A DNA stretch of 64,000 nucleotides from Thalia democratica (GCA_965202585.1 OZ241834.1:9114001-9178000), one strand, 5' to 3'; counted from the stretch's first letter, positions 27,276 to 42,400 are shown. A program made the numbers and translations. Notes: generated by a model from the letters alone, not told the origin.

Positions 27276-27372
27276 GGATCGGCGTGGACCGGTCAGACGA
27301 CGAGGAGATGTGCAGGGGCGGAGCGAGTTCCGGCGGCGAGGAGATTTTTTGAACTGTCTACATTTTTCTGTT

Positions 27373-27780
27373 ATTTAAGTCTTAATGTGTTCTAACCAAC
27401 TCTTAAGTTTTATAAACGATGTTGATTTGATTGGTAAATGTTTTTAGCATATAAATATCTTCTAGCATTTAAATTCTATTTTGATGTATATATATTTTCT
27501 TTTTTTTTTGTCAACCGATGGTTAAAAACTTTAACAGTTACATTTAACTTATAATTAGGGTTTGATAATTGAGATTTGTTTGAACTGATTTGTAAGTATT
27601 TTTTAGCATTTAAGTCTTAATGTGTTCTAACCAACTCTTAAGTTTTATAAACGATGTAGATTTGATCGGTAAATGTTTTTAGCATATAAATATCTTCTAG
27701 CATTTAAGTTCTATTTTGATGTATACATATTTTTATTTTTTTGTCAACCGATGGTTAAAAGCTTTAACAGTTACATTTAA
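27373..27780. repeat. Direct repeat of ~175 bp (period 235 bp) inside the insertion
   Basis: atttaagtcttaatgtgttctaacc...cagttacatttaa at 27373-27547 and 27608-27780. Confidence 0.93.
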
Positions 27781-30700
27781 ACATTTTGACACTTAAACAT
27801 AATTTTAACTGATTTCTAAGCATCTTCTTAACGTAACACTTGAAGTAAGGTTAAAAAATTAAGAAAATACCCCACACCGAAGTTTTTTACACCGGTTTTA
27901 ATTAAGAGTGTCTTTAGTCTGTGTAATCGTTCTCTTGTCAGAATCTAAAAGTTTTCATCTAAAGTTTTTTAAAGTTTTACGACTTATTAGCAAAGTAAAG
28001 TTAATGTTTTTTCTAAACCGTAGCTGAAACTCCAATTTGACCGTTTTAGGAGTGAAAATGTAACCGCTTGGTAGCGGTTTAGAGTTGTTTCTAATTAGGG
28101 GTTTTTTCTGACTTGTTTACATCTTGAAGCTGTACCGCGTGAGCGGTAATTGTCTATTTTTTACTTTCTTTTTTTTTTCAAGCGAGTATAAATTAAGAAT
28201 ATCGCGTAATTAGTTCAGTTCAGTTTTTTCTAGTTTCTACTTGATTGAATGGTCTGAACTCAGTGCAGTTTTTTGCTGCACTTAAGTTTTAATGGTTTCA
28301 ATCTTGTTGAAGTGATTTCGATTTTAGAATGTTTTTTTAGTTTGGTTTAAACATGTAGTGTTTAATTTCTGTTATTCTAGTGTAATGTTGTGCAGTTTTT
28401 TATCATCTTTTCGTTTCGCAAGTTCATTGTAAATATATTCATGATCACAAACTCGAACTCAGTTTAAATTAAGTAACTGATTTATTAAACATTTAGTAAA
28501 TGGTAAGTAATTCATATTAGTATATTTAAGCAATTATAATTTAAGCGTTATCTTGGGGACTTCTACTTTATATAAGTTAGAGCGCACGTTGCGTATTAAA
28601 CCAGGCCAAAAATAAGTATATAAGTAGAACTTTTACGAGATAGCGTCAACATAATTGCTTCTATTACTAACAAACTACATCTTTTTTACCAAGTTTGATT
28701 ACACTATAACAATACAACAACTTTTTTAAAATTTACATTGCTCAACATGAAAAATTAATGCATTATTCCTTAGCCTAATGTGTTATACATATGTAGTTTT
28801 AATAAAATTTAAAATGTTCTGTAAAATACCGCAGAGGTGTACACTTTACTTTAATTAAACTTATAAATAATCTTTTTATATTTTGCTTGCTTAGGTTTAA
28901 AAAGCAATACACTTATTAATCTTAAAAAATACCAAGCACTAAAGAAACATTTTGGATTTACTAATTAATTTTAGTGTAAACAGTTATTTTCTATAGATTT
29001 AACAAAACAATTATTAACAATCTTCAAATCTGTAAAGAAACAGTATGTTTCTGTTTATTTGAAATAGTATGTATAACTAGTAAAGATTGGTTAATAAGTA
29101 GTACATCTCTATTTATAAAACATAAAAAGCAACCAGAAGCATTTTGGATTTAATATGGAAGTTTCAATATCATTAGTTTTTCTTAATCATTTTAAATCTG
29201 TAAGGGAACAGTATGCCTTTTTTCACTTTAAATAACATTTATAACTGCTAGCTCAAAACTTATAAATTTGAAACATTACTTATAAACAACTTTGTGTCTA
29301 TCATCTTGTGTTTTCATTCATTATAAAACCTTAGTATGAGTTTTCTATTTCAAACTAAAAAATACAAAATGACAAATTTACTAAAGTTTTAAGAAAACAT
29401 ACTATTTGGATACCAAAAAATCAGCTACAAGTTATATTTGTTAAAAACTCATGACCACTTACTTAATTGTTTCAAGTCAGCAATTTGACATGATCCAGTT
29501 TTAGAATAGATCATATTATGAAAAAAAAAAAAACAAAGTTATAAACAATTCTATTCTTAAATCAAATTTAAGCTGCATTTAAAAGTTTTATAAATTTAAA
29601 TACAGTACATATACAGAATATGTGAAAACCAGTGCCCACAATATTAAATACTTTTAAAGCATATTCCATCACACTTATCAGTGTTTTGATATGGTTTTCT
29701 TATTGAATCGTTAGCACAATAAAACTCCTATTCATTCTTAAAACATTTTTTAAAACTAAGTCTTTAAAACTTTAAAACTAAGAGTTGCCACAGACCAAGC
29801 TGAAAAATAAGTTTGTACTTTCTAAATCAAGTTATTATTTATAACCTATTCAAAAATACAAAGTACTTGAAATTGTGTTAGGTTTCAATTACAAGTTAAA
29901 ACAATAGTTCTTTGGCAGTTCTTTAAGTTTTTTAGAAAATAACAAAAAAATTGCAAAATGCATAATTTCCTTACTTTGTTTTTTCAAAAGCTACCATCTA
30001 TTCCTTCCTGGCTTTTCGTTTTTACTGACATTCTTGATTTTGGTGCAACCCTGCTAAGTATAATATTCTACTTTATAACTATTTTTACAACTAGTTACAA
30101 ACAAAACACTTAAAAGTAAGAAAAAAAAGTTAGATATACCTATAAAATAAATGCTTAATTCTATAAAAGTGATAACAGTGCACTAAAAACATAGTTTATA
30201 CTATTATAGTTTGAGTTATTGTTAATACAAACATGTGTGTGCATGTATAGCAACTGAACTAAAGTATACACAACTGTTTTGCAAACAAAGAAATTAAATT
30301 TCTTTAAAAATACATAAAAAAGTTCCACTTAAATAATATATTTTCTCATTTCATTTACAAAAAAGATGATTTACATCAAAATTAATTTTAACAGCATAGA
30401 TTTCACAACAGAACATCCTAGACAACAGACTACAGAGGCAAACTCTCTATTAGTGTAGTACCAAAATATATATTGTGGTTGTAACTAAACAGATATGTTT
30501 AAATTTCACCATGGGTGCCATACTTTCTGACAAAACAAGTAACTTGAGTTTGTATATCAGTTTGAACTTTGTGTAAAAACTTGTAAGTAATTAAATAAAA
30601 AAGCTAGTTACTGCTATAATTAAATTACATGTTGTTTATAAACTTAAAGCTTTTGTATAAAGAAAGTAGATTAAATTTTGCTGATATCTCAACTTTCAAA

Positions 30701-32152
30701 ATACACACATGGTTTGTCTTATAGTATGGCACTGTTTAATAGTATTCTATAGTGTTGAACTCTAAACTGTAGATATTAATAATATTATCAGAACATACTC
30801 ACCACTGTAATTATACCAAAACTTGCTAGTATACATGAATAGGCTGGTTATAGATGAAATTCTTTTACACAACACTTTAAAACAAAAGGTGGTTACTTAA
30901 TTTTAAGTATTCACTATTCGAAAACTAGTTTTAGTAAGTTACAACAGTTTTGACATTTAAAATTAAAAGTACTTTTACTTTTATTTAAAACAGAAAATTT
31001 TCAACGTACTATAGCCAATTAATAATTTTTTAAAATATTTACATATAATAAAATTAAACTATATGATTAAAATAATAAACACTTTTGATATATTGAACTA
31101 TATTTTCTTTTACATTTAATACCAAATCAAAAGTACTTTTAATAGACGTAAGTTACGAATTTAAAACAGTAAGGACCATTATTAAATCAAAAGCTAAATT
31201 AAATTTTTTACTTTATAAACAAATTTGGTGCAGATTCTTGAAGATAGTTGTATTCAGTTTAGTAAGCATTTTGTAAGGTTTAGTAAGGTTTCATTTCATT
31301 TTCAGTATTTATTGTCAACATAATTAAAACTAGTTTGTTTTTCAGAAATATTCCAAAACAGCGGCCATTACGTTGTTTACACCTTTTTTCAATTTTATTA
31401 CAAAATTTACCCTCAATCTACAGAAAAGTAATAAATTTTAAGGATAAAAACTAGATTTTTTGAACTTTCAGCTTATGAAACATAAAAATCGTAATATTTA
31501 AAGAGTTTATTTAACTTTAAAAAATTTAAAGTTAAATGCTATTTTATAAATTAGTATAATCATTAATTTACATAACTGTAATAAAGAAAACTTACCCCCT
31601 AAAAAAGTGAATTAACCCCAGGAGTAAGTTTACCTCAGGTTAAAAATCGCTGGTCCATGATATTATTTATAATAATTATAAGTAGTTTTAGTTTTTGTTT
31701 TCTTTTCTAATTAAACAAAAACTGTTTTAAATAAAACTTCATGTTAAAAAACTTACATCTTACATATCATACTAGTTTAATGTATGTTGGAGCTTTTAGT
31801 TTGGTTATTATACGAAGTTTATGTAAGATTTTAATATTTACTCTGGAGTCTAGTGTGAAAAACATTGAATAAGATATGGATTTTATCAGTCATTACAATG
31901 TTTGTGGCCCTGAACTTATTGAGTTCGTCCCTTTGTTGAGGTTTTTAAAACTTTGTTTACGTAAACAGCTTATCTATAATATATTAAAACTCAAAAACTA
32001 ACAATTGAAAAATTAATACTTTAAAAATTTGATACCGAAAAGTTTAAAACACAGCAACAACTAATTTCATTTCTCTATATATTTATTGTAAACGACATAT
32101 GTAGGATAGAATAATGCATTGAAAAAGTCCTATAAAAGCTAATAATTAAATT

Positions 32153-35003
32153 TTAGTTGAAATAATCCTTCAAGGATTGGCCATTTTGCTTCCACAACTG
32201 AATTTTGAGCCCGATCTGCTCTACACATTGCTTGAATTTTCTCTCACAAGTCTTTCTAACTTTGTCAGTCAAAAATTCTTTCACTTCTTTTAGCATTTCT
32301 TCGGTGGCAAAGTTAGGAGTAGAAGCTTCAACGATCTTGCCTAAGTGAGGACTTCCCTTGAACTTGTTGTAAAAGACATCCCAATGTTCCTTGACAAACT
32401 TCCAAGACTCATCTCTACCAAGCTTGGATCCTGTTGCCATGCCATACAAGATCTTGTATTTTTCGTTGTCACGAACGTGGCTTGACATCATGTATTTTTG
32501 AACAAGTTTGAGACATTCCAAACCCTGTACGCACCCGAGAGCTGCTTCGATTTCACTCTTCTCTTCCATGGAATCAACTTTCTTGTGGAGCTCTACCATT
32601 TTGTTGAAAGCCTCAAGACCTCCTTTTGACGTGTAAACTTCGTAGACGGAAGCACGAATTTCGGGACTGATTGGTGTTGAGTTCTTAAAGAAATTGTTCA
32701 TGATTTCTGTGCACTTTTGGTTGACTTGGTCGTCGTTTGAAGCTTTGATGAGAAGCGCTCTCAAGCTGGCATCCAAATGAGATTCATCTTGTTTAGCTTC
32801 CATTCCAACATGGGCCATGACGCTACTGAAGAGATCTTTTTTGAATTGTGAAAACTTTTTTGAAGCTTCATCGTCATTCCACATAAGCTTAGTCATTGGG
32901 CTAAGGCTTTTGATTATCTCTTTCCACACTGGATATTCCTTTTCGCCCTTGAAAACTTTTAGCAACTCAAGATATGTGGCAAACGAAGTTTGACCAGTTG
33001 TAGCCATTGCATGGACGTCACTGACTATGTTGAGACGATCAAAGCAGTCAAGTTGTCCGTTTTTTACTACAGTAATTAGTTTGGACAAAATATCTTGGCT
33101 GTAGTTCACTCTGTAGAAGCCGATAAACCTTGGGTTGATTTTAAACCAGTCGTTTGCACCGACACCTTCTACTGTGATCTGACCTGACTTTGATGAAAAG
33201 ATAAAAGATTGATGTTCATCAGAGGTTGATGTGGATATTGTGATTGGCACTTGCCACAAACTATCACTTTCACCAGATGAAGAAATACAAAACTTTTTCT
33301 GGGATAAATTAAGTGTTACAGAGTTGTCGTTTTGGCTGGCAATAGACACATCAATAACAGGGTATCCCATTTGTTTGGTCCAAGTTGACATAACCTGCTC
33401 AACTGGCTTGCCGCTAGCATCTTCAAAACATTTCCACAAATCTTCTGTTTGTGTGTTGGAGTATGCGTGCTTTTTAAAATACGCCTTCATGCCTTCTTTG
33501 AACTTATCTGATCCGATCCAAGAGTGAATCATTCCTATGATATTACTTCCTTTTTGGTAAGAAATGGCATCGAAGATTTCCCCAATTTCACCTGGATGAT
33601 TGACTGGAATTTCAATAGCGTGACTGTTTTCTAGGCTGTCAGCATCTAATGCCTTTATTGTGACATCATTAACGTACTGCTCCCAAACTTTTAAGTCATG
33701 GTCACAAATGTGTCCTGCATCGTACATCATAAAAGTTGCAAACCCTTCGTTGAGCCACAAGTGAGTCCACCATTCCATGGTGACCAGGTTGCCAAACCAC
33801 TGGTGAGACACTTCATGGCAAACAACGATTGTTACCCAACATTTCTGCGCTACGGAAGATTCTTTTTCGTCTACGAGAAGAGCTGACTCTCTGTAAGTGA
33901 TCAGTCCCCAGTTTTCCATGGCGCTGCAAGCAAAGTCGGTGATAGCAATCAAATCGAGTTTGTTCATTGGGTATGGGCAGGAAAAGAACTCTGTAAAGTA
34001 CTCCACTGATTTGATAGTGACTTCCAAAGGGTAATTTCCTTGATTTGATTTTCCTGGTGGAGTGTAAACTTTGACTTCGACGCCGTCATTAGTCTTGCCT
34101 TGAACGTAGTCGAATGCTCCTACTACAAAAGCCAGCAGGTAAGTTGACATCTTCTTTGACTTTGCGAAGACGACCTTCTTTGTTACTTGATCTTCAAGAA
34201 CTTCTTCGCTGATGACATTCATGTTTGACAAGGCGACGAGGTCTTTTGGTACAATTAATGTACAATCAAAAGTTGCTTTTAATGCAGGCTCGTCCCAGCA
34301 AGGAAGGCATCGTCTGGCGTCGGTTGCCTCGAACTGAGTGATCAGGTTGTAATATTCAACACCGTCCTTGTTTGTGACTTTGGTGCGGTAGAACCCGGCC
34401 ATTTCATCGTTGTGAATTCCTTTGAAACTCATGCTGAGGACTGCAGGACCGACAGGAATAACATCTTCGAAAACAAGGGTGCAAGTCCCATCATCTTTGT
34501 TGAGATTCACCTGAGTTGGAACGAAAGTAGCTCCTGAATGTTGAAGGCTGCACTCTTTGATTTCTAATTCTTTGCTGTTCATTTTGATTTCATTAGTGGC
34601 TTCATTGACCTGTTTAAAAAAAATTTTAGTCTTTAATCCGTTTTTAATTATACTTTTTATCGGTATGGTCTATAATGTTGCGTGGTTTTATTATTAATAG
34701 TTATATGTTAATAGCTAAAAGTATGTTTAGGTGTTTATTACTTAATTAAAATTATAAAATTCTTAACCATAATTTTAAATTCTAAAGCAACAAATAAAGC
34801 AAAATACAAAAACATGTTTTTTCATTTACAAATTAAACTTGGTGGTTAATGAGTATAATTACTGTCAGCATAAAAGTTTTACTAAAACTTACATTTAAGT
34901 CAACTGATTGGTGTCCTTCAAAAGTAAAAGTTTCGAATGAAGGTTTCAATGTGACATCGTAGTTTGTAGGTGTAACGGTGGTAGGTAAACGAGAAAACTC
35001 CAT
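32153..35003 (-). CDS. NPEPPS: Puromycin-sensitive aminopeptidase, copy 3; exons 35003-34893 and 34609-32153
   Basis: Intact ORF and splice sites; private substitutions E>G (DDGT), E>K (VVKNG) and A>P (SLSPM). Confidence 0.95.
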
Positions 35004-35407
35004 TGTAAAATTTTCTTTAATTAGATAGTTACGTCTGTTAAGATATAGTTTTTTAAGATGTTGGTATTTTTCATTAAATAATTATCTATGTAATATTATA
35101 TTTGGAGACTAAGGTACACTTTGCAAATTTAAATCCTATATATGCATAGTGTAACATAATAAGTCTATCATTGCTAAATTAGGCTACATTGCATATGCTA
35201 AAAAGTTATGCACTATACTTAAATACTTAAACTATTACATTGTTAAATAATCAACAAATAAAATACAAATACTTATAAATTTTTGCATTTTTTTCTGAAA
35301 TTTTATTTGTAATAGTAAAAAGTATAACTAATGTTCACAATGAAATTAATATTTTCAACAATTTAACATAAATTTGTCTATTTAAAATTCTGCCCAATTT
35401 ATAGACT

Positions 35408-36480
35408 AAAGTTGGCCACTATCCTGGATTCTTAAATTATATTTAGCTTAAATAAAGTTGAGTTTGAGAAATTTTGAAAGAAAAATCTAGAATTTGAACA
35501 TAAATCACTGAAAAAAAAAACCTGGATTTTAAACAATTTTTACATAGTAACTAGTGAAATTTGGATAATACAAAAAAGTTTATCACATGGATAGAAATTG
35601 TTCGTCATCATCAATATTTTTTATTAAAGACATGATTTAAAGTAGCTTTACAGTATTTTTCCAATGTTGTTATACTTTTTTAATTAATCTTCTACTTTAA
35701 ACATAAACGTTAACTAAAAATAGACCAAAAACTAGTTTTTTCATTAAACCTGGAAGAAGTTTTAAAAACCTGGAGATAATTTGCCAAAAACCAGTGGTTA
35801 CCCTGATAATTGCAAAATGATATTTTTCCTTTAAACATAACTTTTAACTAAAAATAGACCCAAAAATAAATATTTTCATAAAGCCTCAAAGAAGTTTTAA
35901 AAACCTGGAGATAATTTGCCAAAAGCCAGTGGTCACCCTGATAATTGCAAAATGATGTTTTTACTTTAAACATAACTTTTAACTAAAAATAGACCCAAAA
36001 ATAAATATTTTCATAAAACCTCAAAGAAGTTTTAAAAACCTGGAGATAATTTGCCAAAAGCCAGTGGTCACTCTGATAATTGCAAAATGATGTTTTTACT
36101 TTAAACATAACTTTTAACTAAAAATAGACCCAAAAATAAATATTTTCATAAAACCTCAAAGAAGTTTTAAAAACCTGGAGATAATTTGCCAAAAGCCAGT
36201 GGTCACTCTGATAATTGCAAAATGATGTTTTTACTTTAAACATAACTTTTAACTAAAAATAGACCCAAAAATAAATATTTTCATAAAGCCTCAAAGAAGT
36301 TTTAAAAACCTGGAGATAATTTGCCAAAAGCCAGTGGCCACCCTGATAATTGCAAAATGATGTTTTTACTTTAAACATAACTTTTAACTAAAAATATACC
36401 AAAAACAAGTTTTTTCATTAAACCTGGAAGAAGTTTTTAAAACCTTGAAACAAATTTCAAAAAACCAGTGGTCACTTTAA
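35408..36480 (+). mobile_element. Same decayed MITE plus 135-bp array, unit 3 (6 units)
   Basis: Unit ends at 35805, 35940, 36075, 36210, 36345, ~36480. Confidence 0.85.
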
Positions 36481-39400
36481 AAATTGCAAAATAATATCCA
36501 TTTCTAAATTTAAAAATATTAAGAATAAAAACTCAACTAAAGTATTGTTCTAGTTTTTTTCAAATATTTCTCTTTTTAGTTTATTGAAAAAGGGGAAGGG
36601 TATAAAAAATTATTAAATTTTAAAATCAACATTAAAAAAAAATATATATAAAATGTGGCAACTAAAAATAGTATTACTATTCAATAAATTTATTTAAATC
36701 TATATTTACTTTTTAATTAAAAAAATATAGGAAGGAAAAAAAGAGAAAATTAAAAAAAAAACTTTATAATACTAAGTTTGTGCAATATAACAACTTAAAC
36801 AAAATTACTGTTCACTTGACTTAACATTCATACACTTCTAAAACATAAATCTAACAAAAAATATAACTACATAACCTGGAACTTTATCTATACTAAGTTT
36901 ACTCTAATTCTAACTTCATTTAATCATCTAAACAAGTGAGAACAGTCTTTTTATATTCGCCTGCGCGTAAGTGAACGTTTGTGGTTTGTGGTGTGGTGAC
37001 CTCATAACTCGAGACAACACTATTGGGCATAGTATTTTGAGAGAATTTAGGGTTTCATAACCCGCGGCAAATTCAGAGGACTTTTTTGCTGCTTAAACTT
37101 ATTTAAATTGTTTTAGGCTAACCCAGAACAGCGACACCGTGTGGTGAAAAATCCCGTAAAGTTTTTTAATTGTTTTTGTCTAAAACCAAAATGGTGCAAT
37201 GTAATGGATTTGCGACACCTAGCGGTTATTTTTTTAAAAGTTAAGTTAACAAAAAATAAGATTTGAAAAACTATTTAAAAAAATCTAATTTTGCGCTGTG
37301 TTAGAAAAGCTTACTCAAGGCAGCTTAACTATTGTACCTAAACTTTACAGAACTTTCTAGAAGTTAAGGTTTTTAAACCTCACACATTTAATTTTTGTAA
37401 AGTCTAACTTTTAAATAACGCAAACAAGTGAAACAAAATATGTTTTAAAAAACCTTTTTAAATTTTTTATCTTGTTGTGTAAAAAAGCATGGTTCGTATT
37501 TATATGAAGCTATTTATTTTAAGTAAAAAAACAAAAATACTGGCAAATTAATTTAGTTTCCATTTGGACTATAAATCATTTCGGCATATCTATTTAATAA
37601 TAGGTCAAAAAAAAGTTATAATCATTCATTTATTATTCAAAATATTACTCCTTTTCTGTTTTTAAAGTTGAACTTTGTTTTATTCTTAAAAATTCTCTTA
37701 AAATTCATTTTACAACTTATTTTATATGCATTTTGTTTTAAATTAAAAAGTATTTAAAATCCAACTAAATTGAAGCCTATTAAGGAATAAAAATTCTATG
37801 CTCTTTTTATAGTATGTATTTTGTTTTAACACTATGTTTTTTAATTTGTAATAACAACTAACTCTAAAACTAAAAAAACCTGTGTAGGAATTAGTAATAG
37901 CTCGCTGAACAATAAGTAAAAACTATGAAAAGCTATTAACTTTTATTGGTTTATTCTTCAAGTAAAGGAGATCTTTAAATAGATTTCTGCCTAAGTATGA
38001 ATAATTTCCTATGTTAAATTTACTAAAACTTTAACCATAAAAAAAATGTTTTAAAGCTTACATAAGTATAAACAATAAGAATTATTTCACGTTCGTCAAA
38101 AGCTAACCTTCAAAAATAAAGGTTTATATTTAACTAAACATAAATTTTTTAGGAACAAATTATTAAAACCTTTTCGGTTATTTTCTCTTTAATTTTAATA
38201 AGCTTCATAAATAAATACTTCTTAGTTCACAACTCCTAAACCAGTAGTCATTACAAGAAGTCTTTTGTTAGTTTTAGATTGACTGCAAACCCAGACGAAG
38301 TGAGTTTGAATCTTGGCGAAACTTTTACTTATATTAAGCTTAACTTCACGTAAAAGTTTGTTTTTACCTTTAGGCTCTTAAAAGACAACTGGTACTTGTC
38401 CTTTCCAGTTAGTGATAATACAACTATTTTAAATAACTGTAGCCGATGTAAGACCTTTTCTATACTCCGCGAGCAACTTTTTCTAGTGAATTTGGCTCAT
38501 TACTTATGAAAGGTTGCAGTAACCTGGACTTTACTAATGTAGAGTCCTATGTACAGTGGAATTTACTTATCTGTCTTATAAGCAGTTTTTATATATTTCG
38601 ATTATAAATTGTTCTTGTGTATTTTACATGACAATTATTTGTACAATTTACAAGTAGTGTACAAGGGTATCAATTAAAACTTTTAAAGTAGAATTAAACT
38701 CTACACTAAACTATGTATTTGGTTTATAATAAATCTTTATACTAATTAAATTTTCAACTTGTCATAAACAAGAAGTTGTGTACCATTATATCAAACGTTT
38801 GAAACGTAAGCTTTAACTACTTAACATAAACTTTAATGCTGACAATAGAAGCTGAACTTAGTTCTCACTAAACAGTAGTTCCAACAATCACTTTTGTGTT
38901 AGAAATAAATTCTGTGAGTAACACTAAATGTTCCCTTTTTTTAACTGTATTATTTAATCTAAAATATTTTTGAAAAACGTTATTGAGTACTTCGACTTTA
39001 TCTCAGCAATGTTTAAAAACATCCTATAATATTCTTTATTAAGACTAATAAGGTACTTTATATAAACATAAAAGTAAACGCAACTATTCTCAAAGGTTTA
39101 GTAGAAACAGATTTGATAGAAACTACAAACGTACACTATAAAGTTAATTTTCAAAACCTGAATAACATTATACTAGAATTTTTTAATGGTTTTTGTGCAA
39201 ATAGCTAGACTCTAGAAAAAAAATATCAATTAAAATTTAGACTTAGTTGAAAATCGTTGTAAAATTTGCATTGAGTTTTAAGTACTTAATTTTGAATATT
39301 TTAAACAAAAGATTATTTTCAAAAATTAGTAGCTCTTAACTTCCCACGTTGCCATAAATTATTAAAAGTAATAATACTAAATGTCTGGTTAGTGGGTACA

Positions 39401-42400
39401 GATTAGCACATTTCTATTCGTGTCGAGGCAGGTGTCAGCTACGGCAGTCCAAGATTATAAACTTTTTTCATTAAAAGTATAAAAACAAGGTTGTTGGAGT
39501 AAAAACTTAAAATGTTTTGAAACCATTTTATTGAATGATCTAATCAAACTTACGCAGTTAACAAATATTTAGGGGCTCAAAAAAAAAGTTAACTTTTGAA
39601 CTTTTAGACCAGGGGCTTACAATTTTATTTTGAACATAAAATCATTTATATCAGAACACAATTTATTTAATTCAAGAAAGTTATATAAAATTTGAGATGG
39701 TACTGAATTTCTTCTTTCCTTTTCACAGGTCCAACATCACACCGCAGTTGTATACCACCAGAATTGAAAACCTATAAGAATAATATATAATTAATATTCC
39801 AAAAAAAAAGTACAGTTGTAGCTGTTGCAGTGAAAACAAACAATTTATTAAAAATAACAAATAAAAAAGTACAAGTAATACAAACTAATTTGAATTATTT
39901 TAATATTTCAACAATTATATGTATTCAAGTTTTAACTAAATTCAAATAACTTTACTACCAAATACCACAAAGATAAAAAAGGTAATTTATTTGTTAAAAA
40001 ATAGCTAACAAACTTTTTGATATCTTCAATTTTAAAATTACTGAACTTTAATCTCTTAAAAATAACTTTATTATAGAATTGTAAAAAAATTATGCTACAA
40101 ACAAGGAAAAAAACATAGACGTTCATTCATTCTCAAATTTCATTAAAAAAATGACACCAGCTTTTTTAAGCTGGCTTAAAAAGACTAGTAACTTTATAAA
40201 TGAAGACGTTTCTATGAGTTATAATACTATTTTTTGCATTAACAACACTTTTTACATTTAACAAATTTGTTTGAGAAATTTTTTCAAAATTCAACTAATT
40301 CATTTCTCAAAGCAAATATAAACAAAATTATTAGTTAAAAACTTAAAAAACTGTCAATAAACTATTAATCAAAATTAATAGTTTAACTAAATAATTATAA
40401 AAACTAAAAATTGTAATTAGAACTGAAAATAGACTAACAAAAACATCAAAAGTAATTCTAGACTCTTTAACAATATCTAGTTCATAGTTGATAATTAAGT
40501 TTTGGTTTAAACTATTTACTTAAACATAATTGCTTCTATTACTAACAAACTACATCTTTTTTACCAAGTTTGATTACACTATAACAATACAACAACTTTT
40601 TTAAAATTTACATTGCTCAACATGAAAAATTAATGCATTATTCCTTAGCCTAATGTGTTATACATATGTAGTTTTAATAAAATTTAAAATGTTCTGTAAA
40701 ATACCGCAGAGGTGTACACTTTACTTTAATTAAACTTATAAATAATCTTTTTATATTTTGCTTGCTTAGGTTTAAAAAGCAATACACTTATTAATCTTAA
40801 AAAATACCAAGCACTAAAGAAACATTTTGGATTTACTAATTAATTTTAGTGTAAACAGTTATTTTCTATAGATTTAACAAAACAGTTATTAACAATCTTC
40901 AAATCTGTAAAGAAACAGTATGTTTCTGTTTATTTGAAATAGTATGTATAACTAGTAAAGATTGGTTAATAAGTAGTACATCTCTATTTATAAAACATAA
41001 AAAGCAACCAGAAGCATTTTGGATTTAATATGGAAGTTTCAATATCATTAGTTTTTCTTAATCATTTTTTATATGTAAGGGAACAGTATGCCTTTTTTCA
41101 CTTTAAATAACATTTATAACTGCTAGCTCAAAACTTATAAATTTGAAACATTACTTATAAACAACTTTGTGTCTATCATCTTGTGTTTTCATTCATTATA
41201 AAACCTTAGTATGAGTTTTCTATTTCAAACTAAAAAATACAAAATGACAAATTTACTAAAGTTTTAAGAAAACATACTATTTGGATACCAAAAAATCAGC
41301 TACAAGTTATATTTGTTAAAAACTCATGACCACTTACTTAATTGTTTCAAGTCAGCAATTTGACATGATCCAGTTTTAGAATAGATCATATTATGAGAAA
41401 AAAAACAAAGTTATAAACAATTCTATTCTTAAATCAAATTTAAGCTGCATTTAAAAGTTTTATAAATTTAAATACAGTACATATACAGAATATGTGAAAA
41501 CCAGTGGCCACAATATTAAATACTTTTAAAGCATATTCCATCACACTTATCAGTGTTTTGATATGGTTTTCTTATTGAATCGTTAGCACAATAAAACTCC
41601 TATTCATTCTTAAAACATTTTTTAAAACTAAGTCTTTAAAACTTTAAAACTAAGAGTTGCCACAGATCAAGCTGAAAAATAAGTTTGTACTTTCTAAATC
41701 AAGTTATTATTTATAACCTATTCAAAAATACAAAGTACTTGAAATTGTGTTAGGTTTCAATTACAAGTTAAAACAATAGTTCTTTGGCAGTTCTTTAAGT
41801 TTTTTAGAAAATAACAAAAAAATTGCAAAATGCATAATTTCCTTACTTTGTTTTTTCAAAAGCTACCATCTATTCCTTCCTGGCTTTTCGTTTTTACTGA
41901 CATTCTTGATTTTGGTGCAACCCTGCTAAGTATAATATTCTACTTTATAACTATTTTTACAACTAGTTACAAACAAAACACTTAAAAGTAAGAAAAAAAA
42001 GTTAGATATACCTATAAAATAAATGCTTAATTCTATAAAAGTGATAACAGTGCACTAAAAACATAGTTTATACTATTATAGTTTGAGTTATTGTTAATAC
42101 AAACATGTGTGTGCATGTATAGCAACTGAACTAAAGTATACACAACTGTTTTGCAAACAAAGAAATTAAATTTCTTTAAAAATACATAAAAAAGTTCCAC
42201 TTAAATAATATATTTTCTCATTTCATTTACAAAAAAGATGATTTACATCAAAATTAATTTTAACAGCATAGATTTCACAACAGAACATCCTAGACAACAG
42301 ACTACAGAGGCAAACTCTCTATTAGTGTAGTACCAAAATATATATTGTGGTTGTAACTAAACAGATATGTTTAAATTTCACCATGGGTGCCATACTTTCT

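Larger units (their letters stand above)
26979..28647. mobile_element. Private 1669-bp insertion of unknown class replacing 44 bp of unit 3
   Basis: Flanks ...caatatct| and |aacataattgc match unit 1 positions 3161 and 3206; the intervening 44 bp (3162-3205) is missing; no TSD, TIR or poly(A). Confidence 0.8.
23823..37317. repeat. Tandem segmental unit 3 (type A, 13495 bp, includes private insertion)
   Basis: Colinear with unit 1 apart from the insertion at 26979-28647. Confidence 0.97.

Noticed and set aside
26843-27352. Five overlapping ORFs over the GC-rich minisatellite
   Set aside because: Open in several frames on both strands because the repeat lacks stops; the 43-bp units shift the frame, so no coherent protein can be called.
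28575-28647. Helitron-like hairpin (gcgca-cgt-tgcgt) near the insertion end; also searched for a hammerhead ribozyme core
   Set aside because: No CTRR terminus or A|T insertion site, the target has a deletion, and no CTGANGA/GAAA hammerhead core was found.
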